A stretch of 64,000 nt of DNA from a virus (lineage: Duplodnaviria > Caudoviricetes). Positions within the stretch are counted from its first letter, which is position 1. Each line of letters begins with the position of its first letter. The stretch spans positions 32,001 through 96,000 of IMG/VR virus record IMGVR_UViG_3300043642_000037; one strand, given 5' to 3'. The translations under genes were made by a program, and so were the position numbers. This document shows positions 48,751-56,800 of the stretch, piece by piece. The notes beneath the pieces are model-generated. The model was not told the DNA's origin and searched no databases. It saw nothing but the letters and a program-made list of their open reading frames with translations.

Positions 48751-50088
48751 CTACCTCGTGCCGGCTCGCATGGCGTGCTCGATGCGCCGGACGTGGTCGC
48801 GCATCGCCGCCTCCTTGCCCTTCTCGTCGTCGCCGTCCTTGTCGTCCTTGTCGTCTTTCTTCGCGAAGGGGTTCTCACCCTTCTTGTCGTCCTTGTCGTC
48901 GTCCTTCTTCTCGCCCTTGTCCTCCTCCTTGCGCATGAAGAACGGCAGACCGCTCTCCTCGGCGGCCTTGCTCTGGTTGTTCTTGCGGCCGTCGTAGGCG
49001 CCCGGGCGCGAGTGGGTCGCGTCGGAGCTGTGCTGCGCGTACCCGTCGGACCGCGAGCCCGGCGGAACCGCGGCGGGCGCCGCCGCCGCCGTGCGCTCCT
49101 GGACGGAGGTCTGCAGGCCCGTGAGGTAGGCGGCCTTCTCGGCGACCTGCATTCCCATGCACGCGCGGACGTGAGCCACCTTCTCGTCCTCGGACAGGGA
49201 GGCGGGAATGTAGGGGAAGCACTCGGCCGCCGTCTTCTTGAAGACGGCGATCCACGGGTCCTCGGCCGCGGCCTTCGACGAGTGCTGAGTGACCGAGTTC
49301 GATCCGCTCGGCGACTCGCTGGGACCGTTGGGCTGCGGGGTCTCGCGACCGATGATCGCCGGGCCCTTGGCCTGGCTCATCAGTTCGCCGAGTCCGCCCT
49401 GCATGGGGAGCACGGCGTATCCGGATGGACGCTGCGACATGTCCATCTTGCCCTCCGCGGTGGTCGGCTCCTTGTTGCCCTTGTCCCCACCGAGGATGGT
49501 GGTGCCCTCCGCGATCTTCCGCATCATGTCGGCGAGCGACGCGGTCCTGGACTGCTCGGTCACCGAGTTCTCTCCCGAGGGAGACTCGTGCGGGCGGTTC
49601 GGCTGGTCCTGCTCCTTGCCGACCGCCCCGGCGCGGGTGTCGACCTCGGTCTTACCGAGGCTGTTCTCGGCGTAGCCGGGCGGGCGCTGCGCCGCGTCCA
49701 TCTTGGTCTCGCCCTGACCCGACTCGGCCTGCGTGTTGCCCTTGTCGCCGCCCTCGATCGTGCTGCCCTCCGCGCGCTTCTCGGCTTCCTCCATCAGGTG
49801 CGTGGCGTTGGCCTGCGCGATCTTCTCGAGGTCGGCCTGGTTCTCGACGCGGTTGAACGAGGCGGCCTTGAAGCCGGGCCGCTGCTGGCGGATCCTGTTC
49901 GACGCGTCGATGACCGTGTTCGCGATCTTCGCCGTCGCGTCCCCGGGGCTCGCGGGATCGAAGTCCAGCTGGTCCGCGACGTAGTCCGCGACCTTGATCG
50001 CGTCGCCGCCGTCCTCGAACTGGGCGCGCCCGCCCTGGATCACTGCCAGCGCGACACCGCGGGCGTATGCTTGCTTGAACATGGTCAT
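48751..50088 (-). CDS. Scaffold/inner-core-like protein with an internal duplication
   Basis: AGGAG SD; CCTATCAT motif; more than ten K-x-A sites; two GGDKGN...ESPSG.NSVT repeats. Confidence 0.75.
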   Translation of the reverse strand: MTMFKQAYARGVALAVIQGGRAQFEDGGDAIKVADYVADQLDFDPASPGDATAKIANTVIDASNRIRQQRPGFKAASFNRVENQADLEKIAQANATHLMEEAEKRAEGSTIEGGDKGNTQAESGQGETKMDAAQRPPGYAENSLGKTEVDTRAGAVGKEQDQPNRPHESPSGENSVTEQSRTASLADMMRKIAEGTTILGGDKGNKEPTTAEGKMDMSQRPSGYAVLPMQGGLGELMSQAKGPAIIGRETPQPNGPSESPSGSNSVTQHSSKAAAEDPWIAVFKKTAAECFPYIPASLSEDEKVAHVRACMGMQVAEKAAYLTGLQTSVQERTAAAAPAAVPPGSRSDGYAQHSSDATHSRPGAYDGRKNNQSKAAEESGLPFFMRKEEDKGEKKDDDKDDKKGENPFAKKDDKDDKDGDDEKGKEAAMRDHVRRIEHAMRAGTR

Positions 50089-50144
50089 CTAGTGCTCCTG
50101 GGTCGCGATCGTGTTTCGTTGTGGATGATAGGTCAGATCGTCGG

Positions 50145-50558
50145 TTATCCCAAGACCTTGGCCTTGGCCGCGCCCGCCGCCATCGGTGGAGACGGCGGGG
50201 CCGGAGGCTTCATCGAGGGCGGAGACATCGCCCCACCCATCGACTGGCCGTTGAGGGTCGGATTGTACCCGGCGGCGCCCGCCTGCATGTTGGACATCTT
50301 GTACCGAGCAAGAGCCGCAGCTTTGCCAGCTTCAAATGCGTTGTTCATGGGTTTGAAATTGTCCTCGAAGTATTTCTTGGCGACCAACCACTGGTCTGTG
50401 TGGTCTTTTGGATTTCGAGCGATCATGTCTCCGGACTTCGGAGAGCCGTTTTTTCGATCTGCGGCGCTGATGCTGACGTCTACAAGTCGTTCTTCTGGTT
50501 TATAGGGACGCAGCTCCGCTACGTCTGTTCGACGATACTTTTCAAATTCGTCTGTCAC
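50145..50558 (-). CDS. AT-richer phage domain fused to a helix-motif peptide
   Basis: KYRRTDVAELRPY...GDMIARNPKDHTDQWLVAKKYF then MNNAFEAGKAAALARYKMS. Confidence 0.7.
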   Translation of the reverse strand: MTDEFEKYRRTDVAELRPYKPEERLVDVSISAADRKNGSPKSGDMIARNPKDHTDQWLVAKKYFEDNFKPMNNAFEAGKAAALARYKMSNMQAGAAGYNPTLNGQSMGGAMSPPSMKPPAPPSPPMAAGAAKAKVLG

Positions 50559-51130
50559 GGAAGGTCCTGTCTGGGAGTGGTCCCCAACACGTGGTCCAGC
50601 CCGCGCCCGACGACGTGACCGAGGCCCCTGCCGACCCCGAGACCGATTGGGGTTCCAATCATGCCGCCGGCGGTGCCGCCGTACATCATGCCGGCAAGGC
50701 CGCCCACGCCGCCGAGGAGACGCGACATTCGGCCCTCCGAGGCGTCCTGGCGCATCATGCTCGGCAGCGCCGCGGCGGTCAGCAGGGTGCCCGCGCGTCC
50801 GGCGGCCTGCATGAATGGCCGGCCGGGCATCGAGGGCCACAGGACGTTGCGCCAGTGGAGAGAGCCGCCGGGTGCGAACGTCCTGGCGCCCTCGACGAAG
50901 GCGTTGGGTCCCTGCCCGAAGGCGACGAGCTTGGCGGTGCCGGCCGCGGAGTCGACGAGGCCCTGGCCCAGGTAGGCCAGCTTGGCGGCGCGAACCCCCT
51001 CGGTGAGGGCCTGCACGATTGTCGACAGCTCCGTCGAAGGTTTTGCATGTTGGTGCGGCCGATGTCCGTGTCTTGCGAAGTGTTCGCGCATGGTGTCGAC
51101 GGAGTACCCTGGGTCGTTCGGACCGAACAC
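50555..51130 (-). CDS. Glycine-zipper protein with a weak helix motif
   Basis: ALTEGVRAAKLAY; GGVGGLAGMMYGGTAGGMIG. Confidence 0.65.
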   Translation of the reverse strand: MFGPNDPGYSVDTMREHFARHGHRPHQHAKPSTELSTIVQALTEGVRAAKLAYLGQGLVDSAAGTAKLVAFGQGPNAFVEGARTFAPGGSLHWRNVLWPSMPGRPFMQAAGRAGTLLTAAALPSMMRQDASEGRMSRLLGGVGGLAGMMYGGTAGGMIGTPIGLGVGRGLGHVVGRGLDHVLGTTPRQDLP

Positions 51131-52908
51131 TAGTACCTTCCTTCCGGGCCCTGCCCGAACTCGGTTCCGGCGGCGTACGCCGGAACGGGCGAGTAGCCGT
51201 GAACGTCGGCGTGGTCGCCGCGGTGGGCGCCGGCCAGCAGGCTCTCCTTCAGGTACCGGTGACCAAGACGCGCCATCCAGTCTGGGTTCAGCAACGGGGT
51301 TCTCGACGCGGGCCGCATGAGCGGGGCCGCCATCGGAGCGTTGTCCGCCACGTTCACCTCGTGAACCCCGCGACGCGCGAGCACGCTTGCGACGTCGGGC
51401 GTCACCCGGGTTCCGGCGGTGAAGTGGAACGCGTCCTGCGCGAGCGTCTCGCCCGCTGCCTCGGCCAGGCCGACACGCCTGTGGGACGCGGCGAGCGCGG
51501 CGCGGAACCTGTTGTAGTCGATCACGTCGCCCTTCATGAAGGCGTCGTCCGGCCCCGGATCGATGATCTGGACGTGGGACAGCACGCTTCTCGCGAGCGT
51601 CTCGAGGTGGCGCTTGTCGACGTCCGCGCCGGCGCGCCGGTACACGTCGTGAAGAGCGTCGACCAGGTAGCGCCTGCCCTCGCCGAGCCCCTTGTGACGG
51701 ACGATCTCGTCGGGACGAGGCACGCCGTCCGACAGCGTGTCGCCGGCGAACAACGGCTGGCCTACGGCCACCGTCACCCGCTGGTCCGGCGGGACGTAGT
51801 GGCGCGACCCCTCGACGGTGACGTAGGCGCCTCCCTGTGGGGCGGGCTCGACGATCCCGACCTTGCCGTCCCTGTCCGCGAGCACGGCCTTGTGGAGGAA
51901 TGAGGTCGGTATCTCGAGGAGCTGGCGGACCCCCTTTATCCCCTCGAGCTGCTTCTTGTCGGTCGCGGCCGCAGCGACGCGGCCGCCGTGCTTGGCGTTC
52001 AGGCTGAACTGGGTCAACGGCTCACTGAGCGCCTGCGCCGCGCGCATGCCGACGTTGGTGCCCAGCACGTGCGGGTGTCCCGAGGGGTCGAGACCCTGGC
52101 AGCGCTGGCAGATGCCGTGCGGCGCCTCGCAGGTCATCGGCGATCGGACTGTGACGGGGTCCCCCTTCGCCGCGATTGACGATGCGAGCCCAGGAGTCAC
52201 CAGACGACCGTCGGTCAGGTAGCGATCGATCAGGTGCGGATCGGCCGCGGCCATCTCGATCCCGTTCCGCGTGCCGCAGTCGAGGGTCGTGATGAGCTTG
52301 TCGCCCATATTGTTGACGAGGATCTTCGCCAGGTCCCCCGGCTCGACGACCGAGATGTTCGACCTCACCGCGTTGACTCGAGCCTCGCCGCCCGCGACCC
52401 AGGCGTCGGCGGGCGTCAGGCCCTCGGAGAAGCTCTTCTTGATCAACCAGGGCACCGTTCGGTCCCTGGAGTCCCTGGCCAGGACCGGAGAGCCGACCGC
52501 GCGCATGAGCTGGGCCGCGTTGCCGCGTCCGCCCGACCTCACCATCTCCCCCATCGCCCCCTTGTCGCGCTTGGCGAGCGAGAGCATCGCGTCCTGCGCC
52601 GCGAACAAGGCCTTCTCCCTGTCCGCGTGCGTCCTCGCCGCGTGGAAGGCGTCAACGTGCGGCGCCAGCATGGCGTCCCGCTCCGGGTGCGGCGCGATGT
52701 CGTCGAGCCCGACCGAGATGCCCTCCAGCGTCGCGACCTCGTCGCCGAGCCGCTTGAGCCTGGTGACGACCTCGGGATACGCGGAGGGATCGGACTTCGC
52801 CAGGCGAACCAGGCTGTCGTTGAGCACGCCCTTGGTCAGGGCCTGGTCGTCGTGTCGCCAGCCCTTCGGCAGCACCGCGTCGACGAGATGTTGTCCCAGC
52901 GTTCGCAT
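51130..52908 (-). CDS. Phage RNA polymerase, beta' C-terminal part
   Basis: SGGRG, SFSEGL, DCGT, VRSPMTC..GICQRC, AAQALSEPLTQFSLNAKHGG (bridge helix, Zn site, trigger loop). Confidence 0.9.
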   Translation of the reverse strand: MRTLGQHLVDAVLPKGWRHDDQALTKGVLNDSLVRLAKSDPSAYPEVVTRLKRLGDEVATLEGISVGLDDIAPHPERDAMLAPHVDAFHAARTHADREKALFAAQDAMLSLAKRDKGAMGEMVRSGGRGNAAQLMRAVGSPVLARDSRDRTVPWLIKKSFSEGLTPADAWVAGGEARVNAVRSNISVVEPGDLAKILVNNMGDKLITTLDCGTRNGIEMAAADPHLIDRYLTDGRLVTPGLASSIAAKGDPVTVRSPMTCEAPHGICQRCQGLDPSGHPHVLGTNVGMRAAQALSEPLTQFSLNAKHGGRVAAAATDKKQLEGIKGVRQLLEIPTSFLHKAVLADRDGKVGIVEPAPQGGAYVTVEGSRHYVPPDQRVTVAVGQPLFAGDTLSDGVPRPDEIVRHKGLGEGRRYLVDALHDVYRRAGADVDKRHLETLARSVLSHVQIIDPGPDDAFMKGDVIDYNRFRAALAASHRRVGLAEAAGETLAQDAFHFTAGTRVTPDVASVLARRGVHEVNVADNAPMAAPLMRPASRTPLLNPDWMARLGHRYLKESLLAGAHRGDHADVHGYSPVPAYAAGTEFGQGPEGRY

Positions 52909-52909
52909 G

Positions 52910-53323
52910 TCACATCGACGGCGGGTAGCCCGGGGGCGATCCATAGCCCTGCTGGGCCATCATGGCTCGACGTCGCGCCTGCTCATCCTGCTCCTGGTTG
53001 CGTCGGTGCCACATGTACAACCCGCCGGCGGCGAGCGTCGGCGCGAGCTTGCCCGCGTTTCCGATGGCCTGCTGTCGGTGAGTCGCGCGCGCGAGGTCCA
53101 TGCTCTGCGGTGGCACGGCCCCTGTGATCAGGGTGGGGTTCATCTGTCCGCCCAGGCCGCCTCGCAGGTTGCGAAACAGGTCCTTGGCCGCGCCGGCCTG
53201 ACCCGCGCCGAACGTCTTCAGCTTGTCGAGGATGCCGGCCGGCGCGACGTCGGCCATCTTGAACCTCGCCAGGGCGTGTCGGACGCCCGCATGCGCAAAC
53301 GGGGTGACGTGTGTCGTCGACAT
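52910..53323 (-). CDS. Small protein with the shared helix motif
   Basis: FAHAGVRHALARFKMA; LAPTLAAGGLYMW. Confidence 0.7.
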   Translation of the reverse strand: MSTTHVTPFAHAGVRHALARFKMADVAPAGILDKLKTFGAGQAGAAKDLFRNLRGGLGGQMNPTLITGAVPPQSMDLARATHRQQAIGNAGKLAPTLAAGGLYMWHRRNQEQDEQARRRAMMAQQGYGSPPGYPPSM

Positions 53324-53790
53324 CAGACGCCTCCAAACGCGGATGGGCCGACGCCCGATCGGCCGCCGGCGTCGCCCGCGGCCGTGCTGCTGGGCGGACC
53401 CCAGTTGGTCGATCGATCGAGCGGGTTCTTGGCCGCGACGGGCGCCCCCGGCTGCGGCGGCTCGTCGAGCGCCTGGAGCATTCGAGCCAGGTCCTCCGAC
53501 GATCGTCGATCGCCGTACTCGTTCGCCTTCTTGGCGTGGCCCTTCGCCGCCACCGTCTTGCCCGCCGCGTCGAACCCGTGAAAGGTCCGATCCGGGATCT
53601 TGAGCCGAAGCTCCTCCCCCGCGCGCTTGAGGCCGAAGCGCTCCAGCGCGGCGATCGCGCCGGACGCTCTCGCGTGCTTGACGTGCTCGGGCAACGTCAC
53701 GTCCTTGGGCGTGTGGTCCGCGAACTCCCGTGCCACCTCCGGGTGGTTGGCCCAGAGGTACTTTCGTTGCGCGTCGGATCGGAAGGGCAC
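53323..53790 (-). CDS. Small protein with an MPFRS.AQR N-terminal domain and the helix motif
   Basis: MPFRSDAQRKYLWANHPEVA...KHARASGAIAALERFGLKRA; CCTATACT at 53800-53807. Confidence 0.7.
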   Translation of the reverse strand: MPFRSDAQRKYLWANHPEVAREFADHTPKDVTLPEHVKHARASGAIAALERFGLKRAGEELRLKIPDRTFHGFDAAGKTVAAKGHAKKANEYGDRRSSEDLARMLQALDEPPQPGAPVAAKNPLDRSTNWGPPSSTAAGDAGGRSGVGPSAFGGV

Positions 53791-53810
53791 GGCACCCCAA
53801 GTATAGGCCG

Positions 53811-56800
53811 TCACTCGCCGATGTGGATATGGTCGTTCAGGGCAACCTCTCCGCGGTGATACGCGGCGCGGGCGTCCTGCAGGGACGCGAACCTCTTCGC
53901 CGTTCGACCGGAGGCCGGCTGGGTGGCCCTGTGGAGACCGAGCACGGCCTCCATGTCGGGCGCGACGTTGAGCATGCCCGGCCTTCGATCCGCGAAGATC
54001 TGGTGCGAGAGCGTCATCCGCTTGACGTCCTCCACGCCCGCGGGTGTCACCGGGGCGTGGATCTGCATCGCGTCGCCATCGTAATCCGCGTTGGTCCCTC
54101 GCTCAGCGAAGGGGTTGAGTGTGATCGTCTTGCCTTCGGTCATCCTTGGGTAAGCGCCGATGATGTTGTGGCGGGTCAACGAGGGCGCACGGTTGACCAT
54201 GACCGGGCGCTCTCGTGTCTCGTTGATCAACTCGTCTTTGGCGATCGGCGCTTTGTCCTCGACCAGCTTTTGCGCGTCGATAGCCGAGTAACCCCGCCGT
54301 ACGAGCCGTCCAATTACGAACTTGGAATACATGCCCCAGAGCATGTCGGTGGGTACGCCGATCTCATCCATGGATAGCGTGGGGTCTGGCGCGATGGTCG
54401 CGCGTCCGCTGACGTCCTGCTGGCGCTTCATGAGCTTCGATTGGAAGAACCCTGAGCCAGGCCGGCTTCCGGTGATCGTTGCGATGTATCCCTTGGCACC
54501 TCGGCGCAGCACCCCGGGGCTAACGGGGTCACCGACGCCGAACAACGCGCTGACAGCGTCGAACAGGTGTCTGCGCGGCGCGTGAAGCTCGGATTCCGGT
54601 AGGACCTTCGTCGAGTCCTTGAGCTGGTCGTTTGCCAGGAACGCGTCGCGGTACAGCAGGTTCGCGTCGCCGACCTGGAGCCTGCCGTCCTTGAGGGGAA
54701 GGATCGGTCGAATGATCGGCGGCGTGACAGGGACCTTGCTGATCACGTAGGCATCCGCGGGCTTCAATCCGTGCGCCTGGAGGGCCGCCAGGTACTTCGC
54801 CTGCTTGACCGCGTCGTCGAGCGCCGCGCCGCGCAGGTGCCTGGATCGATCGCGCAGCTCCTCGAGACGGGACGGCACGTCGATGCGGCCCAGCTCGCTG
54901 CGAAACCACTCTCCGCCGCGGCCGGTTCTCTCCGCGAACTCCTTCTGGGTCAGGCCGAGGAGCCGGCGCACGGGCTCCTCGAACACGGGGTTGACGATCG
55001 ACTCGGACAGCTCGACGTGCGACCACTTGGTGCCGGCCATTCCGCCGGTCCTCGCGGGGTCGAACATCCCGCCGGTCTCCGGGCGCAGGTCCTTGGCTCG
55101 AATCATCTTGCTCGGGTCGGGCAGCTCGCCGGAGGACATCTTCAGGATGTCCGCGTCGGTGAGCGGCCCTAGGGCCAGCCTCGAGCCCGCCTTGGAGATC
55201 TTGACGCCGGCGCCCGAGAGCATCGCGTGCAGCTTGTCGTACGCGAACGGCGTGCGCGGGGCGGGCGCGGGGGTGCCGAGCTGCACCGAGCGCCAGAACT
55301 CGTCGTTGCGCTGGCTCTTGATCGCCGCGGACTCGCGGAGCACGGCCCTCGCGTTGTGCGCGACGAGACCGTCGAACTCCATCTTGCCGATGCCCTTGGC
55401 GCCGTCGTCGCCGCCTCGCGCGGGCTGCTGGTTGTAGTCGTAGCGCTCGGCGCCGTGCGCCGCCCAGTTGCTGTCGGTCGTCTTGAAGAGCTTGAGGAAG
55501 TACGACTTGCCGACGAACACGCCCGGCACGCTCTTGCCCGTCATCGGGTCGACCACCGTCTCCTTGTCCGACAGGCCGTTGCTCTTGAGCAGGCCCTTGG
55601 CGTATGCGACGGCGTCCCGCGCGGCGAACTGCGGGACGAGAATGGGCTCGCCCCGGTGGTCGGCGACCTTGCCGAGCGACGCCTCGACCAGCTGCGCGGG
55701 GTTGATGCGCGTGATGATGCCGGCGCTGGTGAGGATGACGTCGACCGGGCGTCCCTTCTCGTCATGAATCATTTGTGCATCTGGGATTATTTTGGCGACT
55801 ACGCCTTTTGCGCCAAACCTGTTCGAGATCTTGTCGCCGACCTGCAGGGTCTCCTGCGTCTTGACCGTGGCGCTGTGGCGCTCGCCGGTCTTCGAGACGT
55901 CCGTCACGACTCCGGGGTGGTCGTGGGTCCACGTCTCGACGATTTCGGCGTAGGGACGAACGAGCGACTTGGAGAGCTTCCCCAGGAGCGCCGCGTCGCC
56001 CGTCGCCGTCTCGGGCCTCACGCCGATGATGATCGGGTCGCCCTTCTGCAGGACGGTGCCAGGCCGGGCGACGCCGCTCTCGTCGAGCGCGTCGTACTGC
56101 CGGGCGGAGTAGCGCCCGCCGAAGTACGCCCGATGCTTCTCCCTGCTGGTCTCGACGTCGCCCGCCTTGCTGAGCACGTGATGGAACATGTGCTCGGACG
56201 TGAGCTTGTCCGCCGCGCCTTGGCTGACCACGATCCCGTCGTTGGTGTTCAGGCCTCGGTACGGCATGTACGCGACGCGCAGGTTCGTCCCCAGCGCCAG
56301 CACACCGTCCCTGGTGAAGTTGGACTCGGCGAGCGGCTGTCCCTCGCGCACCAGGTCCCCCTCCTTCACCGTCAGCTTGTTGTTGAGGTAGGTCTTGGCC
56401 GCGAGCGGGAAGTCGTGATCGTAGTGCAGTCGAAGGGGGCCGTCAGCGGCGTGCTTCTCGCCGCCCGGAACGAAGTGAATGTAGTCGGCGTCGATCTTGT
56501 CGATGCGGCCGGCCGACGGCGCGGTCGGCACGATGAGTCGAACCATCTCGCGCTCGACCGACATTCCAGGATTCCAGGACTCGACCTGCACCAGAGGCGC
56601 CTCGCGATGCGTCAGAGGGAGCGCCTGGCCCTGGTGCTTGGACGCCATCAGGGCGCGGTTTCCCTGCATGCCGTTGAGGAGGGGAAGGAGGTTGGTCGTC
56701 GCGCCGTACATGTCCGACGCGTGCCGCACCTGGTGCGTCACCTCGGACGACGCGACGCGCTGCACGGATCCGTCCTTCATCACGTCGACGATTCGTCCCG

